Position numbers and translations under genes: made by a program. A stretch of 64,000 nucleotides of DNA from a virus. Of the stretch, positions 28,501-38,484 are shown one piece after another (position 1 is the first letter of the stretch; each line of letters starts with the position of its first letter). A model generated the notes under the pieces. That model saw only the letters and a list, made by a program, of their open reading frames with translations. It searched no databases and was not told the origin of the DNA. The stretch covers positions 29,232 to 93,231 of the IMG/VR virus record IMGVR_UViG_3300037851_000865; one strand, written 5' to 3'.

Positions 28501-30221
28501 TGTACAAACTGAGTACTTTCTTATCTGAGAGCGACCGCGGTTATGCCGCGGTTCCTCTCTTCGGCCCTGCCGATGCTGTCTTCGAAAAGACCGCGTCGGC
28601 TTCGCTGCTTCCTGAAGTGCTCCTCTACATCTCGAACTTGAAGCCTCGACCAGGTTCTCAGTACGTTCTCGTCAACGCCATGGGTGCAGGCGAGTACTAC
28701 GGCTCGAACGTGAACGGGGACCACTTCGAAGAAGCAGGCCTCATACACAAGCCCCCGGGATGGACCGGTGACCCGCTGGTCGACAAGGCTCTGGGGAAGA
28801 ACTGGACCTACGGTTTTCCCACCTTCTACAACGCCTACCCGTACCTTCACCACCGGAACAAGGACCCGAGCCGGGCCTACGGTGAGGTGGAGATGGCCGT
28901 CTGGAACGACGGCATGAAGCGTGTCGAGCTCGTCTGCCGCGTTGACCACGACAAGTGCGTCAAGTTCGGCGGCATCAGCGTGTGGGACAAGCTGAGCTCC
29001 GGCATGTTTCCCGACGTCTCGATGGGCTCAAAGGTCTGTTACGACCTCAGCTCGGTGGCGACCGACTGGAAGCTGTACCGAGAGGCTCTCGACACCTTCG
29101 ACCCCAAGAAGCACCAGTACCCCGGCCTCGCGGCCCTAGAGTTCCATAAGAAGCTCAAAGAGAAGACCGGCCGAGGCATTCCTGGGCTGAGCATCACCCG
29201 CAACGACTACGACGAGTACACGAAGAACCACATGAACCGCATCCTGCCCGACGGCAGGAAGGTTTGGGTCTACAACCCGTATCCCCGGTTCTTCGACATC
29301 AGCTTTGTTTTCATCGGTGCTGACCGTACCGCCAAGACGATGGTCTTCATCGTTCGCCGAGGGGACTCACGGTACGTCCCCAGCGCTGAGGCGGGCGAGA
29401 AGATTGCTGCTGTGTCCTTCGGTCCACAATCTTCCTCGGACGAGCTCGCAAAAGTAGCGAGTGTTACGGACTCTTCTGTGCGTCATTTGTTCGGAAAGTC
29501 TGCTGCAGACAAGCTGAGCGAAATTACAAAAGAGATTCCTGCGGATGTTGCTGTTCCGCTTCTCGAGAAGAGCGACGAAGACTTGCCTGAGTCGGCAATA
29601 CAGGCGCTGAGCGCTGTTCCTGAAGAGAAGGCTCTAGGAACTACAGCAGCGATGGGCATCGTGCTGAAGCCTAAAGAGTTTCAGCGCATCACTCTAATTC
29701 GTTTGGGTAAGAGTGATTTGGCCAATGAACTTGCGGCGGCCAACAGGGTCTTTCCTCGAGTAGAGGAAGTGAGCTCCTGCCCGTGTGGCGGCGGTTCTTC
29801 TGGTTTCATGCCTTCTCTTGCGCGCATGCTCATGCCGCTTCTTGCAGGTCGTTCTGCTTTAGCACCGTTTGCTTCTACTCGTGTTGTAGTTACCAAGAAT
29901 GAGGGAGAAGAAGCGCCTTCTTCCCTTAATACGGAAGAACTCCGTAAGATGAGTGCTGCGTATAACGGTTACCGGCAAGAGCTCATGAACATGGTGGCGA
30001 CAGCGCAGGATGTACTTCCCTCAGCAGCTCCGAAAGATGAGAGTGTGCTGAAGCTCGCCTCTGCCCCGCCGGAGCAACTGTTTACTGACCTCACGGTTGC
30101 GTACTTGAAGGAAGCACACTTGCCTCCTCTTCTCGTTTCCGATGAGGTAGTATCTACCAACAATCAAACTGCCAACGTGAGAAGGGCGCTTAGCCCCTTC
30201 ACAGACACGTCACTCTTCTAG
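28500..30221 (+). CDS. Prohead (capsid maturation) serine protease
   Basis: His motif LHHRNKD, Ser motif DVSMG, FFDISFVFIGADRTAK resembling the HK97-family E-x-S-x-V-x-x-P-A motif; upstream of scaffold and capsid genes. Confidence 0.8.
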   Translation: MYKLSTFLSESDRGYAAVPLFGPADAVFEKTASASLLPEVLLYISNLKPRPGSQYVLVNAMGAGEYYGSNVNGDHFEEAGLIHKPPGWTGDPLVDKALGKNWTYGFPTFYNAYPYLHHRNKDPSRAYGEVEMAVWNDGMKRVELVCRVDHDKCVKFGGISVWDKLSSGMFPDVSMGSKVCYDLSSVATDWKLYREALDTFDPKKHQYPGLAALEFHKKLKEKTGRGIPGLSITRNDYDEYTKNHMNRILPDGRKVWVYNPYPRFFDISFVFIGADRTAKTMVFIVRRGDSRYVPSAEAGEKIAAVSFGPQSSSDELAKVASVTDSSVRHLFGKSAADKLSEITKEIPADVAVPLLEKSDEDLPESAIQALSAVPEEKALGTTAAMGIVLKPKEFQRITLIRLGKSDLANELAAANRVFPRVEEVSSCPCGGGSSGFMPSLARMLMPLLAGRSALAPFASTRVVVTKNEGEEAPSSLNTEELRKMSAAYNGYRQELMNMVATAQDVLPSAAPKDESVLKLASAPPEQLFTDLTVAYLKEAHLPPLLVSDEVVSTNNQTANVRRALSPFTDTSLF

Positions 30222-30256
30222 GCAGTCTTCACGCAAGAAATCACAGGAGAATCCAG

Positions 30257-31228
30257 ATGAACCATTTTCTCGCAGAGATGTACGGCACAGGTGGTGCTGG
30301 TGAAGCTGCCCCCGACGAGTCCGCAGCCAAGGTCGCCCAGATGGAGCTGTTCGCGAAGGTCGCTGCCGACAACGGCGTGGACCTGACCAAGCTCACCCCC
30401 GACCAGGTCAACGCCCTTTGGAGCGAAGTCATGCCGAAGCTCGCTTCGGAAGACGAAGACGAGGATGACGAGGAAGGCGACGAAGACAAGGCTCCCCCGT
30501 CCGAGAAGAAGGACGAGAAGAAGGACGAGGAGAAGGAAGAGGAAAAGGCCGCTGCTGCCCTCCAGGCTGCTGCCCTCGCCGAGTTCGAGCAGCAGAAGGA
30601 GGCTCAGGCCAAGCTTGCTGAGGCAGAGCTCATGGGCCAGGTCATGGCTCACTCGTTCGTCCGCGAGCTGAACGAAATCGAGAAGTCCGCCGGCGCTGGT
30701 GAGTTCGCTCAGAAGGCTCTCAATTCCGTGAAGGACGTCGCGGGCAAGGCTTCTGGTCGCGCCAAGGGTGCTGTTCACGCTGTCGCAAAGGCAGAGCGCG
30801 GTGCATCGCAGTCGCTGGGCGACAAGGTTCTCAAGGGCATCAACCGAGCAGGTAGCTCCCTTGGTGCTGAGAAGAACGTCGTCAACCGAACGGTCGCCAA
30901 CAAGCGTCTCGCAGGTCGATTGACGGCAGGCGCTGGCGCAGCTGGCGTTGCTGGTGGTGCGTACGCGGCTACCCGTGGCAAGGACAAGGAAGCTTCGGCT
31001 TTCGACACCCTCGCAGCAGAGAACGCCATCAAGATGGCAGCCGAAGCGGGCTACGACGTTCAGGAAGCAACCGACCGTCTGAACGCTCTGTTCACGCTCG
31101 GTCAGGTGCAGGACAGCCAGAAGGTTGCCTTCGTGGACGACCCGAACGCCGCCCTTCACGTTCGTTCGCTGGAGCTCCTCGAGAGCATCGGCGCTCCCGT
31201 CAATTGGGAAGAGGTCTTCGGCGGTTGA
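30257..31228 (+). CDS. Scaffold-like protein with an embedded cationic glycine-zipper segment
   Basis: 323 aa; acidic/charged linker; AKVAQ, AKVAA, PKLAS, AKLAE, EKSAG, DKEAS, IKMAA, QKVAF. Confidence 0.7.
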   Translation: MNHFLAEMYGTGGAGEAAPDESAAKVAQMELFAKVAADNGVDLTKLTPDQVNALWSEVMPKLASEDEDEDDEEGDEDKAPPSEKKDEKKDEEKEEEKAAAALQAAALAEFEQQKEAQAKLAEAELMGQVMAHSFVRELNEIEKSAGAGEFAQKALNSVKDVAGKASGRAKGAVHAVAKAERGASQSLGDKVLKGINRAGSSLGAEKNVVNRTVANKRLAGRLTAGAGAAGVAGGAYAATRGKDKEASAFDTLAAENAIKMAAEAGYDVQEATDRLNALFTLGQVQDSQKVAFVDDPNAALHVRSLELLESIGAPVNWEEVFGG

Positions 31229-31242
31229 GCCGTAAGGAGCTG

Positions 31243-32841
31243 ATGGTGTGGAAACAAGCAGCAGCGTTAGGCTCAGCTTTGGTGGACGAGACGAAGTCTC
31301 AGGCCGCCGCCACGCCGTCGGCTCCTGTCGTCATTGGGAACGCTCCGGCTCCGGGCCAGAAAGGTCCAGTCGGGACGTCCCCTCGTACCACATACTCTCG
31401 CGCCAACACTGGCGCACAGGAAGTACCCTCACTCGGGGAACAAGCCAAAGCGCAGCCACCGCGGGGTCTCGAGTCCCTGCCCAAGCTGGCGCACAAGGAG
31501 ATTTCAATGGCCAATGAATTCATGCCGCGTCCGGGCCTTCAGGACCTTGTGAAGAGCGCAATGGAGAGCACTCTTTCCCGCGCTCAGATTGTCGCCGAGG
31601 CTGCTCGTCAGTTTGGGCACGAGGTCGAAGCACCGGTGACGAAGACCGCCTCTGCAAAGAGCGACAACCACATACCTTCCGAGGTCTGCGAGAAGTACGC
31701 AAGTGCTCTCGAGTTCCTCTCCAAGCAGGCAGCTGACCCGGGTAGTGCCGAGGTTGCTTCCCCTGGTGTCGGCCCCGGTATGGGCGCCAACGCCACCGAG
31801 GTGCTGGTTTCGAACCGCACCGAGAACATCAAAGCTCAGAACATGGGCCAGGCGAAGGTACAGCCGCCGACGAGCCCCGGTTTCGAGAGCGACCCGGGCA
31901 AGTCATCGGACCCCACCAACGCGATGGCGACCAACGACGAGATGCAGCACGGTGAGCAGCCCGTTGACCCGATGGGTAACGCGCATGCTTCGAACGCTGC
32001 ACAGAAGCAGGCCTCTGCCAACCTGGCGTACCTCCAGAAGATTGCGAAGCTGCCCGATGCTGTCCTGAAGACGATGGCGGACGCCGCGAAGAAGGCCCCG
32101 AAGACGGGCGCCTTCCCGGTCGACAAGACCATCAAGGCTGTCGGCGGGCGCCTCAACGCAGACAAGCTCAAGCAGCTTGCTGCTCAGGCTGGTCCGAGCC
32201 GCAGCGGCGCCATCATGCCCGGCCAGCTCTCCGTCAAGGACCTGCTTGGGGGCGGTGGCGGCGGTCTTGGCAAGGTGGCCGGCGTCAAGCTGAGCTCAGC
32301 TCAGCTGACGTTCCTTCGCAACCTCGACGCTCTCGGTGTTGAGTACATCAGCCAGGACAAGCTCATGAAGATTGCCGAGGATGCCATCAACCCCGCACAG
32401 ATTTCGGCCGGTCCGGCGTCTGCTCAGGGTGCTGAGGCTCCTGATGGTGTGAGCGGTTCTGAGGACGGTCCCGAGCCGCCCAAGCCCGGCCCCGCCAATA
32501 CGCAGGCAAGCCTGATTGGCTCCAATGAGTCGGCCATCAACTACGACAAACGTCAGGCGAAGGCCAACATGCGCTCCGACATGTCGAATCTGCTGAACGA
32601 GCCCATGCAGGCTTCGAGTGGCGACTCCACGTTGCAGACCATGCTCGACCACACCGCTCAGTCGGGCGCCAAGATTGCTCAGCAGCAGACCAAGACGGCT
32701 GCCGCACACGCACTTCTTCTGAAGCTCGCTCAGGCGCAGGACGCCGAGAAGAAGAGCAAGAAGGAGAAGACCTCGAACATGGGAGGCGGCTTGTCCACCC
32801 CCCAGGGCCAGAGCGGTTTCAGTGCCGCCAACATGATGTGA
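31243..32841 (+). CDS. Low-complexity scaffold/inner-core protein; second in-frame start at 31507
   Basis: AAGGAG RBS before ATG 31243 and before ATG 31507; many K-x-A motifs (TKTAS, SKQAA, QKQAS, GKVAG, TKTAA, LKLAQ). Confidence 0.75.
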   Translation: MVWKQAAALGSALVDETKSQAAATPSAPVVIGNAPAPGQKGPVGTSPRTTYSRANTGAQEVPSLGEQAKAQPPRGLESLPKLAHKEISMANEFMPRPGLQDLVKSAMESTLSRAQIVAEAARQFGHEVEAPVTKTASAKSDNHIPSEVCEKYASALEFLSKQAADPGSAEVASPGVGPGMGANATEVLVSNRTENIKAQNMGQAKVQPPTSPGFESDPGKSSDPTNAMATNDEMQHGEQPVDPMGNAHASNAAQKQASANLAYLQKIAKLPDAVLKTMADAAKKAPKTGAFPVDKTIKAVGGRLNADKLKQLAAQAGPSRSGAIMPGQLSVKDLLGGGGGGLGKVAGVKLSSAQLTFLRNLDALGVEYISQDKLMKIAEDAINPAQISAGPASAQGAEAPDGVSGSEDGPEPPKPGPANTQASLIGSNESAINYDKRQAKANMRSDMSNLLNEPMQASSGDSTLQTMLDHTAQSGAKIAQQQTKTAAAHALLLKLAQAQDAEKKSKKEKTSNMGGGLSTPQGQSGFSAANMM

Positions 32842-32851
32842 GGAGACAGCG

Positions 32852-33226
32852 ATGAACCACAAAGAGAAGACTGCACAGGTACTGCAGGACGCGGCCAACA
32901 TCGTTCGCGCTGTGTCCGCTGAACGCGATGAGCTCGCAGAGAAGCTCGCCGCCGAGCAGCGCAAAACCGCATCCTACGAACGCCGCGTGTCGGCCGAGAA
33001 GGTCGCGGCAATGATGCACCAGAAGGGCATCAACACCGACATCGATTTTCCCACCTTGGTAGCCGACCTTGAGAAGGCTGCCTCGGAGGGCAAGCTGGAC
33101 ACCATCGAAGAAGCGGTCGAAATGGTGGGTCCGGATATGGGTTTGAAGACCGCATCAATCAACCATGATGCACCCGCTGCAACTGGGTCCGACTTTGAGC
33201 GGTTCCTGACCGGCACAGTCGGCTGA
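32852..33226 (+). CDS. Coiled-coil head assembly protein
   Basis: 124 aa; EKTAQ, EKLAA, RKTAS, EKVAA, EKAAS, LKTAS. Confidence 0.75.
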   Translation: MNHKEKTAQVLQDAANIVRAVSAERDELAEKLAAEQRKTASYERRVSAEKVAAMMHQKGINTDIDFPTLVADLEKAASEGKLDTIEEAVEMVGPDMGLKTASINHDAPAATGSDFERFLTGTVG

Positions 33227-33269
33227 TGCGGTTTGCACAACATTCGAGCCAGAAAGAGGAGAAACAGAA

Positions 33270-33770
33270 ATGTCTGTAACAAAGGTCAACTTCGAGCCCG
33301 TCTCGAACGTGCTTCACATCCAGCGCCGGGACTTCCCCTTGGACAACCCCGACCTGGCAAACCCGCTCAAGGCCGGAGCTCTGCTCGACGGCGAGTGGAT
33401 GTCGGTCACCGGCGCGGGCAAGATTGTTCGCGCTGCGGACATCTCTCAGGCCGACGGCACCGCCGCAGCTTCTAAAATCAGCTACCCCTGCTGGAACGAG
33501 AAGGGTCGCTACGACAACCAGGCTATGGGTGAGCGGAAGAAGACCGTCATCTACCTCGGCCCCTGGGAGTTCGACACCCGCATCTTCAACCCGGCATCAA
33601 TGGCTCAGGACCACTACGTCAGCGTAGCGGTCGTGACCATCGACGGAGTCAAGTACTCCGGCTTGGTCGACGCAGGCACCACCCTCGCCGCTGGCGTGGT
33701 TGGCGTCATCACCCGCTTGCCCACCGTCAATGGTGGCAAGCTCCGAATCCGAGGCGGCGTCTTCTTCTAA
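33270..33770 (+). CDS. Putative head decoration/cement protein
   Basis: 166 aa beta-rich protein directly upstream of the capsid gene; GAGGAG RBS. Confidence 0.6.
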   Translation: MSVTKVNFEPVSNVLHIQRRDFPLDNPDLANPLKAGALLDGEWMSVTGAGKIVRAADISQADGTAAASKISYPCWNEKGRYDNQAMGERKKTVIYLGPWEFDTRIFNPASMAQDHYVSVAVVTIDGVKYSGLVDAGTTLAAGVVGVITRLPTVNGGKLRIRGGVFF

Positions 33771-33809
33771 GAAGTCAGCTAGTCCAAGAATCAAGAAGGA
33801 GAATCATCA

Positions 33810-34931
33810 ATGTCTGCAAGAATGCTCAATGATGCCTTCGCCGCCAAGCTCTCGACTGCTGACGGCAAGGAAAAGCTCGCTGCGTATGGCGGCTCGTACA
33901 TCCGAGACCGTCTTCGTGAAGTGAGTTTCGCACGCAAAGTCCTGCCTCCTGAGCAGGTCACCCGCCAGGACTGCCAGCGCTCGACGCAGCACGACACCCT
34001 CGTGAAGATTGTCGACATCGAGCCGAAGAGCCGCGCGATGGCAATCAGCTTCCGTGGCGAGTCCACCACGCGGTTTATCCGCGGTGAGCGCGCTGAGGCG
34101 GCGTTCTTCACCATCACCTCGGAAATCTTCCAGAAGACCGAGCAGGAGCTTCTCGCCTACGAGATGCCCATCACCAAAATCATCGAAGAGAACTCGGTGA
34201 AGGATATCCAGGAGATTGAGGACCGCGAGTTCCTCCTCCACATCGAGGCAGCCGTCCAGGCTCTCCAGACCGAGGCCAACGGTGGTACCCCCACCGCGCT
34301 CAACAACACCAACATCCAAGCTGGTTCTGTTGTGGAGTTCTCGGTTCGCAAGGGTCTTCTCGCTCGTGAGGACACCAATGCACCCAGTGCTGCGGTTCGC
34401 CCCATTCAGCGTCCGGACATCGTCGAGCTCTTCAAGATGCTCGACGGCAACCGTCTCCGTGCGGAACGCCTCCTCATGACCGAGGTTGATTACGACGACG
34501 TCCTTCAGTGGACCGTTGACGACAACGGCGACCGTATCCAGTCGGAGACGACGGTCGACGGGTACAAGTACAACACGCTCCTCGGCCGCGCGTACATCCG
34601 CACGGTCAAGACGGACATCCTCCGTCCGGGCAACGTGTATGTCTTCACCCGCCCCGAGTTCCTCGGGAAGTTCTTCGTGCTCAACAACACGAAGTTCTAC
34701 ATCGACAAGGTCGCAAACCTCATCTCTTTCCAGGCTTGGGAAGACATCTCGATGATGATTGCGAATATCGCATCGGTTCGAAAGCTCGAGCTCTACAGCG
34801 CGGACGCGAACCCGACCACCAACGCGGACAGCCTCCTCGCCAACTTCATCCCGAAGGCGGAAGAGGACCTCGGAGCGGCCAACAACCGCGTCGAGGAAGG
34901 CCTCAAGTTCCCGCAGGTCGTCCAGTTCTGA
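33810..34931 (+). CDS. Major capsid protein (HK97-like fold inferred)
   Basis: 373 aa, strong RBS, strongly biased codons, follows protease/scaffold/decoration genes and is followed by a terminator. Confidence 0.8.
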   Translation: MSARMLNDAFAAKLSTADGKEKLAAYGGSYIRDRLREVSFARKVLPPEQVTRQDCQRSTQHDTLVKIVDIEPKSRAMAISFRGESTTRFIRGERAEAAFFTITSEIFQKTEQELLAYEMPITKIIEENSVKDIQEIEDREFLLHIEAAVQALQTEANGGTPTALNNTNIQAGSVVEFSVRKGLLAREDTNAPSAAVRPIQRPDIVELFKMLDGNRLRAERLLMTEVDYDDVLQWTVDDNGDRIQSETTVDGYKYNTLLGRAYIRTVKTDILRPGNVYVFTRPEFLGKFFVLNNTKFYIDKVANLISFQAWEDISMMIANIASVRKLELYSADANPTTNADSLLANFIPKAEEDLGAANNRVEEGLKFPQVVQF

Positions 34932-34962
34932 GACTGACCATATTGGTCGGCCCGAGCGAAAC

Positions 34963-35003
34963 AGGGCGTCGGTGCCACTTGGTTACCGGCGCCCTTTTCT
35001 TTT
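34963..35003 (+). terminator. Intrinsic terminator after the capsid gene
   Basis: GGGCGTCGGT...ACCGGCGCCC-TTTTCTTTT. Confidence 0.85.
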
Positions 35004-35027
35004 GGTAACCTTCCTCAGGAGGAAAAC

Positions 35028-35639
35028 ATGCCTGTAGCGCAGTATCAAATTCACAACACGTCGAAGGACGTGCGTACCAAGACCCAGCGCGTAACTGCCG
35101 CCGGGAACCCGAAGACTCGTTTGTTCTTGGCTGGCGGAAGCATACAAGTGCTGCGTCAGCGCCCCTACCCGGCAACGGAGGCTTTGATTCGCCGTCTTGC
35201 GCCCGAGCTTCTCAAGTACGAGCAGCGCGGATTCTGCAAGGTGACGGATTACCTCGGCGCTCGAGTAGACCTCAACTCCTTCGTAGCCGCAGACCCTGTA
35301 GCAACGAAGCCCGCACCGACTCCCTCTCCGGCCCCTCCGGCACAGTCGCCTGTTGTTCAGCCTCCGGCACCCGAGCTCCCGCCAGCTGTGGTAGTTCCTG
35401 TCGTCGAAGAACCACCGGCTCCTGTGGCTGAACCGGTGGTCGAGGAGCCTGTGGTTGAAGAGCCCGTGCAGTCTGAAGAAGCTATCCCGGTGGCCGAAGA
35501 GGCGTCGACTGAGGTGTCTGCGGACGAACCTGCCGGTGTCGCTGCTTCGACGACCAACGAGGTGGACGAATCACTGACGGCCGCTCCCGCGGACCCGGTG
35601 GCTTCGTTCGGCGGAAAGAAGAACAAGAATCGCCGCTGA
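35028..35639 (+). CDS. Hypothetical virion-associated protein with Pro/Glu/Val-rich tail
   Basis: 203 aa, AGGAGG RBS. Confidence 0.7.
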   Translation: MPVAQYQIHNTSKDVRTKTQRVTAAGNPKTRLFLAGGSIQVLRQRPYPATEALIRRLAPELLKYEQRGFCKVTDYLGARVDLNSFVAADPVATKPAPTPSPAPPAQSPVVQPPAPELPPAVVVPVVEEPPAPVAEPVVEEPVVEEPVQSEEAIPVAEEASTEVSADEPAGVAASTTNEVDESLTAAPADPVASFGGKKNKNRR

Positions 35640-35647
35640 GGTAAAGC

Positions 35648-36166
35648 ATGTCCGAAGTTGGTCTCACCAGTCTTGATAGTATCCCGGGCGTAACCGTGAC
35701 CACGCGCAAGTTTGTGCAGATGGTTCGGTTGTACTTGCGCGACTTCTCAGAGCTCAACAGGCTCATCAAGGGTGAGGAGACCAACGATAGGATGATTCTC
35801 TGGGCCGTGAAGGATGCCGTGAGCGACTTCAACGGCACCCCTCAGTTCACCAACTTCACGCTGGACAGCTTGTTGGACATGAACCTGCAGCACTTGATGC
35901 TGCGCCTCACCGTCATCTCCATCATCGAGTCCGTGGGTCTTCTTCAGACCCGAAACCACATCAACTACTCGACGGGTGGCATCAACGTGGGGGTCAACGA
36001 CAAGACCGGCATGCTGATGAACTGGCTGCAGTACTTCAAGAGTACGACCGAGCAGAAGAAGCAACAGGTCAAGGTGGCCATCAACGTAGAGAGCATCCTC
36101 GGCGCCGGAGAGCGTGGGGTGCACAGCGAGTACTGGGCTGTGAATAGTACGTACCTCAGCTATTAG
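35648..36166 (+). CDS. Putative head-tail adaptor (neck) protein
   Basis: 172 aa; VQMVRLYLRD pattern and position after the capsid gene. Confidence 0.55.
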   Translation: MSEVGLTSLDSIPGVTVTTRKFVQMVRLYLRDFSELNRLIKGEETNDRMILWAVKDAVSDFNGTPQFTNFTLDSLLDMNLQHLMLRLTVISIIESVGLLQTRNHINYSTGGINVGVNDKTGMLMNWLQYFKSTTEQKKQQVKVAINVESILGAGERGVHSEYWAVNSTYLSY

Positions 36167-36195
36167 TCCCTTGAAAAGACTAAGGAATTAGCAAC

Positions 36196-36645
36196 ATGTC
36201 ATACAAGACCTACAACTTTACCAACGCCACGGCGATGGACCTGTTTCTCAACGGTGGCGTGAGCGGTGGGCGCAAGGTCGTCTCTGCCAACGATAAGGGC
36301 CGCATCCTTGGGCTGCACAACAAGACGCTCATCATCAACGGCAGCACCTGTACGTTCTCCGACGCAGCGGGTACCGGCCTGACGCTGGCTCAGATTAAGA
36401 CTGCCATCCAGGCAGCTGCTGCGGGCGTGACCGCCGCCTTCATCGACGGCTCTCTCACACTGGAAGCCGCTACGGCCATCACGGTCGCCAAGACAGGAAC
36501 CGCCAACAGCGTGTTCGGCTTCAGCAGCAACGAAGACACGGTTGGAACAGTATTCAACCCCTACGACGGCGTTGCGCCTCGTGTTCTTTTCATTGGCGCT
36601 AGCCCTACACAGGACAGCTACGCCGTAACCACGGAGCTCGCGTAA
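36196..36645 (+). CDS. Virion protein consisting of one copy of the domain repeated in the sheath
   Basis: TLIINGSTCTFSD...TLAQIKTAIQAAAAGVTA...LTLEAATAITVAKTGTANSVFGF. Confidence 0.6.
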   Translation: MSYKTYNFTNATAMDLFLNGGVSGGRKVVSANDKGRILGLHNKTLIINGSTCTFSDAAGTGLTLAQIKTAIQAAAAGVTAAFIDGSLTLEAATAITVAKTGTANSVFGFSSNEDTVGTVFNPYDGVAPRVLFIGASPTQDSYAVTTELA

Positions 36646-36646
36646 C

Positions 36647-38473
36647 ATGCGTACGAAGTTCGAAGAACAGATTCTTTCCAGTGAAGGCATTCCCTTCAAC
36701 GTCGCTGCTGACTTCTTCGTCGGCATCCGACAGCCGGTTCTCGACGGCAGTAAGACCGCCAGCATGTCCGACGCTCCCGATGAGACGGGTGAGCTTGAAG
36801 GCATGTTCGAGGTCTCGCCGGAGCAGGTGTGCGGCCTCATTCAGAACGTCATTACCAAGGCAGCAACGCTTCAAAGCGCGGCGCTCTTGTACTCGGGTTC
36901 CATCCGCAGCCCGCTCAAGCCTGTGTTTATGGAGTGGGACTACACGCACCTCATCAAGAACATGTCTGCTCGGGCAGCCGTTCTTGCAGGCCCCGTTCAC
37001 CTTGGCGAAATTGAGCCTCCGCCGGCTACCACTGACCCGCGGTCCGCGGTCCGCGCCATGATTCGCGGCGAGCAGGAGCTCATCCACGCCCTTCGTGAGC
37101 TCAAGACCGTCTGCGGCGAGAACCCCATGAGCTTCATGGCTTCGCAGGAGATGCGCTCCGCGCAGTGCCGCATGGATGACTTCTGGCGCTATCTTGAGCC
37201 CGAGGCTCCGCAGATGCCTGGGGTCACCGAGCCCCGCGGGCTGATGGAGCATGAGGCAGACGAGACGCCCGAGGAGGCCGAGCAGGAGTCCCCGGAGTTC
37301 GAGGCAGCCGAGGAAGCTGCCGGTACCGAGGCGCACGAAGAGCCGAAGACAGCCTCTTCTCGTACGCTGGAGAAGAGGGCCTCGGCGCTTTTCCGGCAGG
37401 CATTCAAAAAGCTCGCCGAGGGGGAGATGGGGATGACGCAAGAAGCTCCCATGTCTGCACCCTCGGATACTCGGCAGCTCGAGCCCGCCAACTACCTCCA
37501 GGCTGAGCTCATGGGCCGTCAGGCGCAGGAGCAGAACGAGTCGGGCTACTACAAGCAGCAGCTTCAGTCGGCTAGCCAGACCTTGCAGCAGATGCAGCAG
37601 CAGATGGAAGCTGCGAATCAGCAACTGATGCAGGTGCAGCAGCAGGCCGAGATGTCGGGCCAGCAGATTCAGCAGGCCACCCAGCAAGCTGTTCAGGCCA
37701 ACGACGAGGCGCTGCGCCAGACGCAGATTGCCGCCAACATGAGGATGGGCATGCAGCAGATGCGCGCCCAGATGATGGAAATCGCGAGCCAGGACCCGAC
37801 GCAGTCAGCTGCCCAACAGGTGCAAACTCCTCCCGGTGCCGAGCAGCAGATGGCCGCCGGCGGCGAGGAGGCGGGCCCTGGTGGTCAGCTCATCAACGAG
37901 CTCGCCCAGCAGCCCGGACAGGCAGGCGAGCAGGCCCGCCAAGCTCAACGTGCGGACATGAACGCCGAAGAGCAGACCGTGCAGGCAGAAGCCACCGCGG
38001 CGAACCAAGGGGCTGCCGCACAGTCTCCCATGGGCGCCGTCGCTCCGAACGGCACCAACGGCCCCGGAGGCAGCGGGATGGCGATGCAGAATTCCGCCGG
38101 GGCTCCTGGGATGGACCCTATGACGGCGGAGCCTGAAGGGTTCGCTGGTGTCAAAACCTCTGCCGACCCCGTGAACATCGCCGCGGGCGCTGCGATTGGC
38201 GTTGGTTTGGGGTACGCCTACCACAAGCACCTTGCAGCAGAGGCGGACCGCATGAGGGCGAACATGAGCAGTGAGTCCCCCACGACCTTCATGGGGGCTA
38301 TGCGGCAGGCGCTTCAGCAGAGGACTATTGACTCAGCCGAGCGTGCAAAGAACTTCCCCACGCAGTCTGCTCTCATGCACACTGCTAGAGGCGCCCTTGC
38401 TGGCGGTGTTGCAGGAGCATCCTCTATCGAAAACGTTCGGCACATGCTGAACCCCAAGAACAGCCAGGTGTAA
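36647..38473 (+). CDS. Multi-domain head-associated protein: ferritin-like helical segment, Gln-rich coiled coil, C-terminal glycine zipper
   Basis: 608 aa; SKTAS, PKTAS, EKRAS, KKLAE, VKTSA. Confidence 0.7.
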   Translation: MRTKFEEQILSSEGIPFNVAADFFVGIRQPVLDGSKTASMSDAPDETGELEGMFEVSPEQVCGLIQNVITKAATLQSAALLYSGSIRSPLKPVFMEWDYTHLIKNMSARAAVLAGPVHLGEIEPPPATTDPRSAVRAMIRGEQELIHALRELKTVCGENPMSFMASQEMRSAQCRMDDFWRYLEPEAPQMPGVTEPRGLMEHEADETPEEAEQESPEFEAAEEAAGTEAHEEPKTASSRTLEKRASALFRQAFKKLAEGEMGMTQEAPMSAPSDTRQLEPANYLQAELMGRQAQEQNESGYYKQQLQSASQTLQQMQQQMEAANQQLMQVQQQAEMSGQQIQQATQQAVQANDEALRQTQIAANMRMGMQQMRAQMMEIASQDPTQSAAQQVQTPPGAEQQMAAGGEEAGPGGQLINELAQQPGQAGEQARQAQRADMNAEEQTVQAEATAANQGAAAQSPMGAVAPNGTNGPGGSGMAMQNSAGAPGMDPMTAEPEGFAGVKTSADPVNIAAGAAIGVGLGYAYHKHLAAEADRMRANMSSESPTTFMGAMRQALQQRTIDSAERAKNFPTQSALMHTARGALAGGVAGASSIENVRHMLNPKNSQV

Positions 38474-38484
38474 AGGAGCACAAC

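Noticed and set aside
33810-34931. Encapsulin nanocompartment (with the ferritin-like segment as cargo)
   Set aside because: Context is protease, scaffold, decoration and neck genes, typical of a phage head
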